DNA from: an uncultured Gemmatimonadales bacterium
GTDB taxonomy: Bacteria; Gemmatimonadota; Gemmatimonadetes; Longimicrobiales; Gaopeijiaceae
Assembly: GCA_963809895.1 (NCBI GenBank)
Contig: CAWELD010000003.1
Span: 3,264,001 to 3,328,000 of the forward strand
Length of the DNA stretch: 64,000 nucleotides
Reading direction: 5' to 3'
The position numbers and the translations under genes were made by a program. This document shows, piece after piece, positions 9,854 to 19,013 of the stretch. The notes under the pieces were generated by a model. The model ran no database searches, was not told where the DNA came from, and saw only the letters and a program-made list of their open reading frames with translations. Each line of letters opens with the position of its first letter. The first letter of the stretch is position 1.

Positions 9854-10879
9854 GTGAGCGCAGTCCGCCTCACCGTTTCCGCTGCCCTGCTGACTGGCGC
9901 CCTCTGGGTCTCAGCGTGCGAGCGCGCCCCTGGAGATTCCGGGCGAGGCGCCGAGTCACTGCCCGATCATCGGAGCCGGATGCTCGACCTCGGCGGCCAT
10001 GAGACGGAGGTCGTCGAGTGGGGGGATGCGGGTCCCGCGGTGATCCTGATCCACGGCGCAAACATGTCCCCGCACATGTTCGACGACTTCGCGCCGAGAT
10101 TCGCCGACCGCTATCACCTGGTGGCCTTCGCCCGGCGGGGACACGGGAAAGCGACCCCGCCCAGCGAGTCCTTCGATATCGACGACCTCGCCAACGACAT
10201 CGCAGTCGTCATGGATTCTCTGGGTATCGAGCAAGCCGTCCTGATGGCGCATTCGTTCGGCGGAAACGAGATCACGCGCTTCGTCGCCGTGCACCCGGAC
10301 CGGGTGACGGGCCTCGTGTATCTGGATGCAGATTTCGGCGGGGCGGACCAAGGGGTGCTGGAACTCCTGGCGGCTGGGCCCGTGCCCCCGTGTGCGGAGC
10401 ACAGCGGGGACTCGTTCGCCTCGCTCCGGCGATGCATCGCGGACTACCTCATGGCGCCACACGCCTGGAACGCTTCGTTGGAGGAGCTGATCCGCGATAT
10501 TGCCGATACGACAGGTCCGGTGACTTTCAAGACCGAGGCCGAACACGTCGGAACCTCGATGGAGGCGGTGAACTCGAACTATCACCGCGATTACGGAGCC
10601 ATTCAGGTTCCCGTGTTGTTCCTGGTCTCGGACACGTATTTCTCGGTCCAGACCGCAGATACGGCCTGGAACCGGAGCTTCCAGGCATGGAACGACACCA
10701 GTGGCTACGCAGAAGCCAAGTTCGCCAACGTCGAGCGGCTCCGCCGCCTGTTTCCGGAGGGGCGCGTCGTCGTGGTGCCCGGGACCTCGCACGACAATTT
10801 CGTCCTGTTCGATCAGGTGGCGCAGGAGGTCGGTGCCTTTCTCCGAGACCTGCCGGTGAGGCGCCGGCGCCGTGGGTGA
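9854..10879 (+). CDS. alpha/beta hydrolase (lipoprotein)
   Basis: LIHG, RRGHG, AHSFGG nucleophile elbow, GTSHD; VSAC lipobox. Confidence 0.9.
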   Translation: MSAVRLTVSAALLTGALWVSACERAPGDSGRGAESLPDHRSRMLDLGGHETEVVEWGDAGPAVILIHGANMSPHMFDDFAPRFADRYHLVAFARRGHGKATPPSESFDIDDLANDIAVVMDSLGIEQAVLMAHSFGGNEITRFVAVHPDRVTGLVYLDADFGGADQGVLELLAAGPVPPCAEHSGDSFASLRRCIADYLMAPHAWNASLEELIRDIADTTGPVTFKTEAEHVGTSMEAVNSNYHRDYGAIQVPVLFLVSDTYFSVQTADTAWNRSFQAWNDTSGYAEAKFANVERLRRLFPEGRVVVVPGTSHDNFVLFDQVAQEVGAFLRDLPVRRRRRG

Positions 10880-11678
10880 GCGTGACCGGACCCGCGAACT
10901 GATCGTGGGCGCGTTTCAGTTCGCCGGTAGCGCCGATCCAGCCCGCAATGCAGCGGCCCTGGAACGTGGGATCAGCGATGCGGCACAACAGGGGGTGCGC
11001 CTCCTGGCAACGCAGGAATGCGCCCTGTCCGGCTATGCGCCGTCGGAAGTGGAATCCCCCGAGACCATCGATCGGACGGCCCAACGAACTGCCCTCCATC
11101 GCATCGTCGAGCTGGTCAGGCACCGTGACATGTACCTGGTCCTCGGCATGACCACCTTCCAGAGCCACCGCGCCCGCAACACCGTGCGGCTCGTGACGCC
11201 CGACGGTGCTCTGCGAAAGCCGTATCACAAGCGTGCGCTGTACGGGTGGGACGAGACCCACTACGTGCCGGGCGCGGCCGCCGGAGGTGTACACCTGGTC
11301 GACGGCGTGCGCATCGGACTGCGGATCTGCTACGAGGTACGCTTCCCCGAGTATTTCCGGGAGCTGTTCCGGAGGAGGGTCCAGCTCGCCGTCGTGTCGT
11401 TCGCGGACGTGGGGCCCCACAAGGACAAGTACGATGTCGTACTGGCTCATCTGGTCAGTCGAGCCGCCGAGAACGCCATGTACGTCCTCTCTGCGAACAG
11501 CGTGTCGGGACCCCAGGTGGCCCCGACATGTCTCGTGGATCCCGACGGACGGCTGCTCGCCCGCGCGCCGCGCACGGGAGAAGCATTGATCACGAAAACG
11601 ATCAGCATCGATCCACCGAACTTCGGCCGAATCGGACGAATCAAGCTGTCGTCGAAACTGGTATCAGAACCTACCTGA
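10872..11678 (+). CDS. carbon-nitrogen hydrolase (nitrilase superfamily)
   Basis: E-K-C triad: TQECALSGY, YHKRAL, ICYEVRFPE; SRAAEN. Confidence 0.92.
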   Translation: MGERDRTRELIVGAFQFAGSADPARNAAALERGISDAAQQGVRLLATQECALSGYAPSEVESPETIDRTAQRTALHRIVELVRHRDMYLVLGMTTFQSHRARNTVRLVTPDGALRKPYHKRALYGWDETHYVPGAAAGGVHLVDGVRIGLRICYEVRFPEYFRELFRRRVQLAVVSFADVGPHKDKYDVVLAHLVSRAAENAMYVLSANSVSGPQVAPTCLVDPDGRLLARAPRTGEALITKTISIDPPNFGRIGRIKLSSKLVSEPT

Positions 11679-11848
11679 TGCGCGCCTGACGAGGGACGCG
11701 ACCGCGGAGCCGTACCGGCCACAGGACCCTGGCCCTAGAGGCGCTGCCCAGAGTAACCTGTGAGTCGGATGATCTCAGGCGGGGGCAGCCGAGTGGTGAT
11801 GAGGTTCCGATCCGCGTCGGGACATTCCTCCTTTCGCGAGGGCTGCAT

Positions 11849-12835
11849 ATGCGCAGACGACGGCATGGGCCGCGAGGGCGACTCCGAAACACGGCGCGTC
11901 CAACACCGTTGTCGCAGATGTGCGTTGCCGTGGTCGTCTCCTTGGCTGTGCCAGGGACGGCGACAGGCCAGGCACCGGCCGATTCCGTGACCCTTCTCAA
12001 CTACGTCGAGGAGTACCAAACCGTCTGGAACACCCGCGATCCAGCACGTGTTGCGGCATTCTTCACCGAGGACGCGGATCTCGTCATGGGCAATCAGCCT
12101 CCGGCCGAGGGACGTGACGCGATCGAAGGCTGGTGGCGGGCGTACTTCGAGGTGCAGGAGCAGGGGCGAGGCGGGAGGTTCGATGTAACCTCGCTCAAGC
12201 TCCTCGGCCCTACCGCCGCACTCGTTGATATCACGAGCACGACGGGCGCTGCGGATACCGCGCACGAAGCACTCGTAACCAGGAAGGCCCGCGGGACGTG
12301 GCTGTTGCGCAAGCGAGGCGACGGTTGGCTGATCGCGGCGATGCGTGGCCTGCCGAGCGAGGGAGACGAGGTCGAATTGAATCCCTCGCAGGAAGATGCC
12401 GAAGAACTGAGGCCGCAGATACGCGCGTTCGTTGGCGCGTACGAAGACGCCTTCAATCGTCACGATGCCGACGCGTTGAGCGCCTTCTACGGGAGTGACG
12501 CCGACATCGTCGTGCGAGAGTTGCCTGCCGTTCGGGGGATCGAAGCTATCAGGGCCTGGTGGCGCACCTACTTCAGTCAGCCGCGACCGTACTACGCCTT
12601 GATGGTGATCCGAGAGATCAAGATGATCACGGACGATGTCGCGCTGCTGAATGTGATCGGAACGGGCGCGCCCTATGAGCACACCACCGAGGTCGAGCCA
12701 GTCCGGACCGCGCGTGCGACGTGGGTCGTGGCACGTACGGACGGTGAGTGGCGAATCGTCGCTTTGCGCGTGTTGCCCAGCGAGCCTGATCGCGTGATTC
12801 GTGCGTCGGGTGGCGGGGGCCAGAGCGAGTTCTGA
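11849..12835 (+). CDS. secreted tandem NTF2/SnoaL-like (SgcJ/EcaC, DUF4440) protein
   Basis: Two domains: WNTRDPARVAAFFTEDAD and FNRHDADALSAFYGSDAD; signal peptide. Confidence 0.85.
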   Translation: MRRRRHGPRGRLRNTARPTPLSQMCVAVVVSLAVPGTATGQAPADSVTLLNYVEEYQTVWNTRDPARVAAFFTEDADLVMGNQPPAEGRDAIEGWWRAYFEVQEQGRGGRFDVTSLKLLGPTAALVDITSTTGAADTAHEALVTRKARGTWLLRKRGDGWLIAAMRGLPSEGDEVELNPSQEDAEELRPQIRAFVGAYEDAFNRHDADALSAFYGSDADIVVRELPAVRGIEAIRAWWRTYFSQPRPYYALMVIREIKMITDDVALLNVIGTGAPYEHTTEVEPVRTARATWVVARTDGEWRIVALRVLPSEPDRVIRASGGGGQSEF

Positions 12836-12862
12836 GTCGGAACCCTGGTCAGCAGGTGACCC

Positions 12863-13153
12863 ATGAACACCGAACGGACAGTCCCCGACGCAGAAGAAGA
12901 GCGGCGAGGTGACGACGAGGCCGCTCGCTTCCCTTTGTGGAGGACGTTGACCGAGCCTGCGGTCGCTGCGGGGGTCGCCAGCGTCCTGTCGATGCTCTAT
13001 GCACCCTCGCTGTTTGTCGCCGCAGTACCGGCAGCGATCTTCGCTGCTGCACTCAGGCTTCGTCGGGAGTACGCCGGCAGCGACCGTCGGAGCCTGGAGT
13101 CGGGAGACGCGCGAGACGCGTTGCTCGAGGAGCACCCCGATCCCTTGAGCTAG
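12863..13153 (+). CDS. small membrane protein
   Basis: Two hydrophobic segments; AGGTGA RBS-like sequence upstream. Confidence 0.55.
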   Translation: MNTERTVPDAEEERRGDDEAARFPLWRTLTEPAVAAGVASVLSMLYAPSLFVAAVPAAIFAAALRLRREYAGSDRRSLESGDARDALLEEHPDPLS

Positions 13154-13173
13154 CGTAGTGGCGCCTGGATCCG

Positions 13174-14640
13174 CTATTCCCGCACGCGCGTACCGCACCA
13201 GGCGCTCAGCGCGTCGGCCAACCCCGACTGGCTTCCCTCGCCCACCCACGCCACGTATCCGTCCGGGCGGACAAGCACCGCCGTGGGAGCCTCCACCGTC
13301 CCGAGCACGGGGAGCTCCCACGGGCCCTCGCAGGTGGCCTCGACCGTACGAACCCGATCGGCCCATGGGGAGAGGTCGAAGCCGCTCGCGCCGCCGAGAT
13401 CGAGCAGCACCGGCCGGGCCTCGTGCAGAAGCGTGAAGACCCGCACGGTGCCGTCGTCGGTGCGGAGGTCGAGGTCGGGCATGCGACGGCCCAGCAGCGG
13501 GTGCCCCTCGCCGAGATCGTAGTGGAGGTCGAGACCGGACATCATCCCGGCGAGGTGCTTTCGGGGCTCCTCCATGCCGAGCAGGTCAGCCACGATCTCC
13601 CGCAGGGCCTCGGTGCGGTCGTCGGTGCGGAGCAGCGCGACCTGGGCCATCGTGTCCCTGAGCACACGCGCAGCGATCGGGTGCCGCTCGGCACGGTAGG
13701 TATCGAGCAGACTCTCCGGCGATGTGCCCTTCACGACCTGGGCCAGCTTCCAGCCCAGGTTGACGGCATCCTGCACGCCGATGTTGAGACCCTGCCCGCC
13801 CACCGGGTAGTGCACGTGCGCGGCGTCGCCGGCCAACAATACTCGCCCCTCGCGGTAGCTCGCGGCCTGTCGGGCCATATCGGTGAACCGCGAAATCCAG
13901 GTGGGATTGTGGACGCCGTAATCCGTTCCGAACGCGGCGACGAGCTCCTCACTCAGGTCGCGTAGCGTGGGATCGCCGGTCCGGTCGCGCCGCTGTTCGG
14001 TGACCATGACCCCCACCGGACCCCCCTCCTCCGTCCGGCTCCACGCGTAGATGCCCTGCGGCTTGCGATGGAGGCCCCACTCCGGCTCCTCGGTCACCTG
14101 GACCTCGGCCAGCAGGTTGCTGATCGTGGCATCCCATCCCGGAAACTCGATGCCGGCGGCCTTCCGGATCAGGCTCCGTCCGCCGTCGCATCCCACGAGA
14201 TAATCCCCCCGCAGTGAGGTGCCGTCGGACACCTCCACATCGACGCCGGTATCGTCCTGCGCGAACCCCGTCACCTCGCGTCCGCGATAGATCGTCACCC
14301 GCAACTCGTCGACCCACCCGGCGAGGATGCGCTCGATGTGCATCTGCGGCAGCGCGAGCCCGTAGTGGTGGCGGGTGGGAAAGTCGCTGATGTCCAGAGG
14401 GATCCAGGCGAATCCCGCCACCTGTGCCGTGCTTCCCTCGGAGAGAAAGCGATCGGCGATCCCCCGCTGATCCAGGACCTCGATGGTACGTGCGTGCAGA
14501 CCGCCTGCCCGTCGGCCGGGGAGGTCCTGATCGGGGCGTCGCTCGACGACGGCGACGTCGATGCCCGCCAACGCCAGCTCACCCGCCAGCATCAATCCGG
14601 TTGGTCCTCCCCCAGCAATCACCACCGCGTGCTCGGTCAT
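13174..14640 (-). CDS. rox: FAD-dependent monooxygenase, rifamycin monooxygenase (Rox/Iri)-like
   Basis: VIAGGGPTGLMLAGEL, GLHARTIEVLDQRG, YLVGCDGGRSLIRK, LAGDAAHVHYPVGGQGLNIGVQDAVNLGWKL, GHPLLGRRMPD, LVRPDGYVAWVG; ATG at 14640 with GGGAGG RBS; RAE-like palindrome upstream. The symbol is assigned from family resemblance plus context. Confidence 0.8.
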   Translation of the reverse strand: MTEHAVVIAGGGPTGLMLAGELALAGIDVAVVERRPDQDLPGRRAGGLHARTIEVLDQRGIADRFLSEGSTAQVAGFAWIPLDISDFPTRHHYGLALPQMHIERILAGWVDELRVTIYRGREVTGFAQDDTGVDVEVSDGTSLRGDYLVGCDGGRSLIRKAAGIEFPGWDATISNLLAEVQVTEEPEWGLHRKPQGIYAWSRTEEGGPVGVMVTEQRRDRTGDPTLRDLSEELVAAFGTDYGVHNPTWISRFTDMARQAASYREGRVLLAGDAAHVHYPVGGQGLNIGVQDAVNLGWKLAQVVKGTSPESLLDTYRAERHPIAARVLRDTMAQVALLRTDDRTEALREIVADLLGMEEPRKHLAGMMSGLDLHYDLGEGHPLLGRRMPDLDLRTDDGTVRVFTLLHEARPVLLDLGGASGFDLSPWADRVRTVEATCEGPWELPVLGTVEAPTAVLVRPDGYVAWVGEGSQSGLADALSAWCGTRVRE

Positions 14641-14706
14641 GAAATACCGCCTCCCTTCGTGCAGAATCCGGCGCTTCTTCGGACCATCAAACCTGCATTT
14701 CGACCC

Positions 14707-14725
14707 CGGGCTTGCTGCAAGTCCC
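14707..14725. promoter_or_regulatory. rifamycin-associated element (RAE)-like 19-bp inverted repeat
   Basis: CGGGCTTGCTGCAAGTCCC with core CTTGC-N-GCAAG; 16/19 match to the RAE consensus as I recall it (GGGGCTTGCGGCAAGGCCC); about 66 bp upstream of the rox-like start. Confidence 0.8.
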
Positions 14726-14814
14726 CCGGGGCCCGATACATTAGAACCGAGGGGAAGCCTGGCAGAGCACGCGTGACGCTGCGTCACCTGCGAGGCGTCG
14801 GGAAGGGAGTGTGC

Positions 14815-15722
14815 GTGGTCTCGACTCGCAGTGATTTCATCGCCCCCGACGGGGTTCGCCTCTCCTTCGTGCGAGCAGGCGAGGAAGACCGCACGCTCCT
14901 GGTCCTCAACGGCTTCTACCTCTTCGAAGACTTCTCCTGGCTCGCCGAGAGCCGGACCGTGGTCGGGCTCGATCTCCGCAACCGCGGTCATTCGGAGTGG
15001 ATCCGAGATCCCTCGAAGCTCTCGCGTGGGGTTTGCAGGACGTGGACGACATCGAGGCGATGCGGCGGCACCTCGGGGTGGAGCGAGTCGACCTGCTCGC
15101 GCACTCCTACGCGGGCCTGGTGGCGATGCTCTACGCCATGAACCATCCATCCCACGTCGGTCGCGTCGTCCTGATCAGCCCCATGCAGCCCGACACGGAT
15201 GTGGAATACCCCGAAGCTCTGGCCAATCGCGACGCCATCCTGTCGGAGTTCGTCGCGGCGGCCGGCACGCTGCAGGTGCAAAGGAAGAGCTACTCGCCTC
15301 AGGAATTTTGCCAGGCCTTCTGGGAGCTCCTTCGCGGGCTGTACGTGTTCGATCCAACGGATGCCGGAAAGCTCCACCATTGGGAGGCATGCGATCTCGA
15401 CACGGAGCTCCATTTCATGCGCTACTGGTCCGAGTTTCTCATGCCCTCGATCCAGCGGCTCGACTTCGGCGCCGCGGGAACTGCCGAGGCGACCATGCCG
15501 ATCCTGGTGATCCACGGCACGAAGGATCGGAGCGCGCCCTATGGTGGCGGGCGGGATTGGGCGGGGCTCCTGCCGAACGCTCGCCTGCTTACGATAGAGG
15601 ATGTGGCTCACGCGCCCTGGATCGAGGCGCCGGGTGAGGTCCTGGAGCCTATCCGGACCTTCCTCGACGGTGCGTGGCCGGAGCGGGCCGAGCGCGTGCG
15701 CAGCTTCGCGCCGGCAGGTTAG
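14815..15722 (+). CDS. alpha/beta hydrolase (frameshift near 15030)
   Basis: N-part FIAPDGVRLSF...DLRNRGHS joins C-part DDIEAMRRHLG...AHSYAG...IHGTKD...AHAPWIE across GGGGTTTGC. Confidence 0.85.
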
Positions 15723-15780
15723 CTTGCCCGCCGCAGACGACTCTGCGAACCCGACCGGCCATACCCCCTGCGAGGGTCCC

Positions 15781-17121
15781 ATGACGCAACTCCCCCTCTC
15801 CCGCCGCAACTTCCTCAAAGCCGGCGGCGCGGCCGCCGCGTTGGCGTCTCTCGGGGGATGCGAGACGAGCGTCGCCGATTCGAGCTCCGGGGGCGACTCG
15901 ACCTTCGACCTCTCCTCCATCCGGCCCCCCGTCGGCGCCACCCCCGAAGCGCTGGCCTCGAACCAGGCGTACTGGGCGACGGTCGCCGCGCAGTACGACG
16001 TTCTGGACGACGTCATCCAGCTCGAGAACGGAAACTGGGGGATGATGGCCCGCCCGGTGCTCGCGCGGTACGAGCGTCTCACCGAGATGGTCAACCGGAG
16101 GAACTCCTTCTACGCGCGCCGAGCGTATGGTGGAGACCTGAGTGGGGTCCGGAAACGGGTCGCCGACGCCCTGGGGGTGAGCGAGGACGAGATCGCACTG
16201 ACGCGGAACGCCACCGAGGCGCTGCAAGCGCTGATCGGAGGCTACAACCGCCTGCGCCCCGGCGATGCCGTGCTCTACGCGGACCTCGACTACGACAGCA
16301 TGCAGATGGCCATGGACTGGCTCCGTGCGCGGCGGGATGTGGAGGTGGTCACCTTCGACATTCCCGAGCCGGCCACGCGCCAGAATGTGCTGGACGCCTA
16401 CGCCGCGGCTCTGGAAGCCAATCCACGCATCCGCATGGTGCTGCTCACCCACCTGAGCCACCGCACCGGTCTGGTCCTGCCCATCGCGGACATCTCCGAT
16501 CTGGCCCGCCAGCACGGCGCCGACGCAATCGTCGACGCCGCCCATTCGTTCGGGCAGATGGACTTCGAGGTGGGCGACCTGAACGCCGACTTCGTCGGGT
16601 TCAACCTGCACAAGTGGATCGGCGCTCCCCTGGGCGTCGGCGTGATGTACATCGCCAGGGACCGCGTGGCGGACGTGGACCGCTACATGGCCGATCTGGA
16701 CAGGCCCGACGACCGTGTGACGTCCCGCGTCCACCCGGGCACGTCGAACTTCGCGGCCGTCCTGGCCGTGCCCGAGGCTCTGGAGTTCCACGAGGCCATC
16801 GGTGCGCCCTTCAAGGAGGCGCGTCTGAAGCACCTGCGAGCCCTGTGGGCCGAAGAGCTTCGGGGCCGCCCAGGCATCGAGATCCTCACGCCCGACGACC
16901 CGACCATGCACGCCGGCATCACGTCGTTTCGCCTCACTGGCCGCACCAGCGCCGACGACAACATCGAAGTGGCCCGGCGACTGCTGGACGAGAGCAATAT
17001 CTTCACCGTGCACCGTACCGGCGTCGCCGCCGGCGCGTGCGTGAGGGTAACCCCCGCCCTGTTCACGTCGGAAGATGATGTGACGGCGCTGCGTGAGGCA
17101 TTGGTGAGGATGACGGCCTGA
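15781..17121 (+). CDS. Tat-exported class V PLP aminotransferase (isopenicillin N epimerase/cysteine desulfurase-like)
   Basis: SRRNFLK Tat motif plus LGGC lipobox; TRNATEAL, VDAAHSFG, NLHKWIGAP. Confidence 0.9.
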   Translation: MTQLPLSRRNFLKAGGAAAALASLGGCETSVADSSSGGDSTFDLSSIRPPVGATPEALASNQAYWATVAAQYDVLDDVIQLENGNWGMMARPVLARYERLTEMVNRRNSFYARRAYGGDLSGVRKRVADALGVSEDEIALTRNATEALQALIGGYNRLRPGDAVLYADLDYDSMQMAMDWLRARRDVEVVTFDIPEPATRQNVLDAYAAALEANPRIRMVLLTHLSHRTGLVLPIADISDLARQHGADAIVDAAHSFGQMDFEVGDLNADFVGFNLHKWIGAPLGVGVMYIARDRVADVDRYMADLDRPDDRVTSRVHPGTSNFAAVLAVPEALEFHEAIGAPFKEARLKHLRALWAEELRGRPGIEILTPDDPTMHAGITSFRLTGRTSADDNIEVARRLLDESNIFTVHRTGVAAGACVRVTPALFTSEDDVTALREALVRMTA

Positions 17122-17131
17122 GGAGGCGAGC

Positions 17132-18475
17132 GTGCCCAGACTGAGTCTGTTGATCGCGCCCTGCGTGGCGGGCGGGGGCGCGATGAGCCACGGTCAGCCG
17201 CCGGGTTGCCGGAGAAGCCCCCACGACATCGCACTGGCGTGCTTCGTCGCCACGCTGGCCCTCAGCGCCTGTAGCAGCGGCGCTGCCGACCGCGCCGGAG
17301 ACGGCTGGACCGCGACCGTCGACACCGTCGCCGGCATCGTGCACGTCGTGAACACTCCACCGGCAGGTGGCGCGGAGCCTACGCTCGTGGGCGAAGAGGA
17401 TCTCAGAATCGGCACGATGGAAGGAGGGCTGCCCACCGCGTTCGGCCTCATTCGTGCCATCGCGGTGCTGCCCGACGGCCGGATTGCGGTCGCGGACGCG
17501 CAGGCGTCGGAGGTGCGCGTGTTCGCCAGTGACGGACGGCACCTGAAGACCTTCGGTGGCCAAGGTCAGGGACCCGGAGAGCTCGCGGGGATGCAGGGCG
17601 TGCATGTGTACCGGGGGATGCTGCGCGTCGCCGAGCAAGCGAACGGCAGGCTCTCCGTGTTCGATCCGGACACCGGCTTCGTCCGCACATACCCGCTCCA
17701 ACTCCACAGCTACAGCTTCAGGGGACCGTGGAAAGCGGCCGTGGACTCCGAGGGCCGCACTCTCGTGGCATCGGCGGGTCAGTATGGTGAAGGCCGGTTC
17801 TGGAACATGGTGCGAGTCTATGACTCCGCCATGGTCCAGATCGACTCCCTTCCCTATCACGACTACACGGACGAGGGCCAGGCCGACGAGCTTCCCGGCT
17901 ATTGGAGGGTGAACCTCGGGAGCAACGCCTGGTCCTGGGCACCCATTCCCTTCTACGCCCAGGCGCAGGAGGTCCTGGCACCGACGGGAGAGTTCTGGAC
18001 CACGACAGCGGGGAGTCCCCAGCTCGAGGTCGCGCGGTGGAGCCCGCCTGCGGACACCTCGCTGGTCATCACGAGTCAGCGCATGGGGGACCCGGTAACG
18101 CCCGCCGAGCGAGACTCCGCCATCAGTGCGCTGCGGGAGAGCCTCTCGGACCGAGGGGGGAGTGCACCAGCCGCGAATGCATCGAGTATCCCCGCCACGA
18201 AGCCGACGGCCTACGGGCTATCGCTGGATGACCAGGGTCGGGTCTGGGTGCGCCTCACGGAGCCGACCCGGGACACGACAGCCTACGATGTCTTCACCCC
18301 GGATGGTCGCCACGCCGCCACCGTGCGGCTGCCGTTCCGCGTCGATCCCTCGATACCTCCGGTGGTGCGGGGCGAGATCGTGTGGGCGGTAGTCGTTGAC
18401 GACGTGGAGGTGCAGTACGTGGTCCGAGCCGGGCTGCGGCCTGTCGGACGGTCGAATTCGACAACGGAGGACTAG
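17132..18475 (+). CDS. 6-bladed beta-propeller lipoprotein
   Basis: LSAC lipobox; VDTVAGIVHVVN; GGQGQGPGEL; DDVEVQYVVRAGL. Confidence 0.85.
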   Translation: MPRLSLLIAPCVAGGGAMSHGQPPGCRRSPHDIALACFVATLALSACSSGAADRAGDGWTATVDTVAGIVHVVNTPPAGGAEPTLVGEEDLRIGTMEGGLPTAFGLIRAIAVLPDGRIAVADAQASEVRVFASDGRHLKTFGGQGQGPGELAGMQGVHVYRGMLRVAEQANGRLSVFDPDTGFVRTYPLQLHSYSFRGPWKAAVDSEGRTLVASAGQYGEGRFWNMVRVYDSAMVQIDSLPYHDYTDEGQADELPGYWRVNLGSNAWSWAPIPFYAQAQEVLAPTGEFWTTTAGSPQLEVARWSPPADTSLVITSQRMGDPVTPAERDSAISALRESLSDRGGSAPAANASSIPATKPTAYGLSLDDQGRVWVRLTEPTRDTTAYDVFTPDGRHAATVRLPFRVDPSIPPVVRGEIVWAVVVDDVEVQYVVRAGLRPVGRSNSTTED

Positions 18476-18476
18476 C

Positions 18477-18968
18477 TTGTCTTTGCTCAAGCGGTTGCGT
18501 GGCGCCATCAAGACGGGTCTGACGTGGGGCGCCTCCTGGGGAGTGTTTGGTGCCGTCCTCCATGGCGTGGCTGTAGCGTTCGGCTGGAGGGAGATCATTC
18601 TGCCTGCCTTGATCGACGATGTGCTCGCCTTCTCCGCCCTGGGATTGATCGGGGGAACCGTCTACTCCGCTGGCTTGGTCCTTTCCGAGCGGGGCCGGTC
18701 CATCGAGCATCTCCGGATCGGAAGGTTCGCGCTCTGGGGATTGGTCGCGGGCCTCGTGGGTCCGGTGGGGATCTGGATCTTGGGCGGAAACTCGTCCTGG
18801 ATCAGCCTGAGCACCGCGTGGTCCTTCTACGTCGGGACGGCGATGTTGGGCGCCGGGAGCGGCGGCACCATGGCGGCGATCGCGCGCGCAGCGGCGCGAG
18901 ATGCTCTTGGGGACGCAGACCCCGATGCGGTGCTGGACGATGTGGCGAGTGGCGTTGCCCGGGTATGA
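18477..18968 (+). CDS. membrane protein (about 4 TM)
   Basis: LKRLRGAIKTGLTW; resembles 25536-26006. Confidence 0.7.
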   Translation: MSLLKRLRGAIKTGLTWGASWGVFGAVLHGVAVAFGWREIILPALIDDVLAFSALGLIGGTVYSAGLVLSERGRSIEHLRIGRFALWGLVAGLVGPVGIWILGGNSSWISLSTAWSFYVGTAMLGAGSGGTMAAIARAAARDALGDADPDAVLDDVASGVARV

Positions 18969-19013
18969 GCCGTCGCGCCAGCCTCTCCGACGTCCCGGAT
19001 TCCGACGCGTAGC

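Noticed and set aside
11735..13366. long antisense ORFs (this one, 15649-17013, 34088-35767, 47304-48770, 57511-58992 and others)
   Set aside because: Shadow ORFs expected in high-GC DNA opposite well-supported genes; Arg/Pro/Gly-rich with no motifs
14641..15150. N-terminal extension of the 658-aa monooxygenase ORF
   Set aside because: The Rossmann motif begins right after ATG 14640 with a good RBS; the extension overlaps the promoter region and the hydrolase gene
9854..17121. secondary-metabolite biosynthetic cluster
   Set aside because: Tailoring-like enzymes only; no PKS, NRPS, terpene synthase or RiPP precursor/maturase seen
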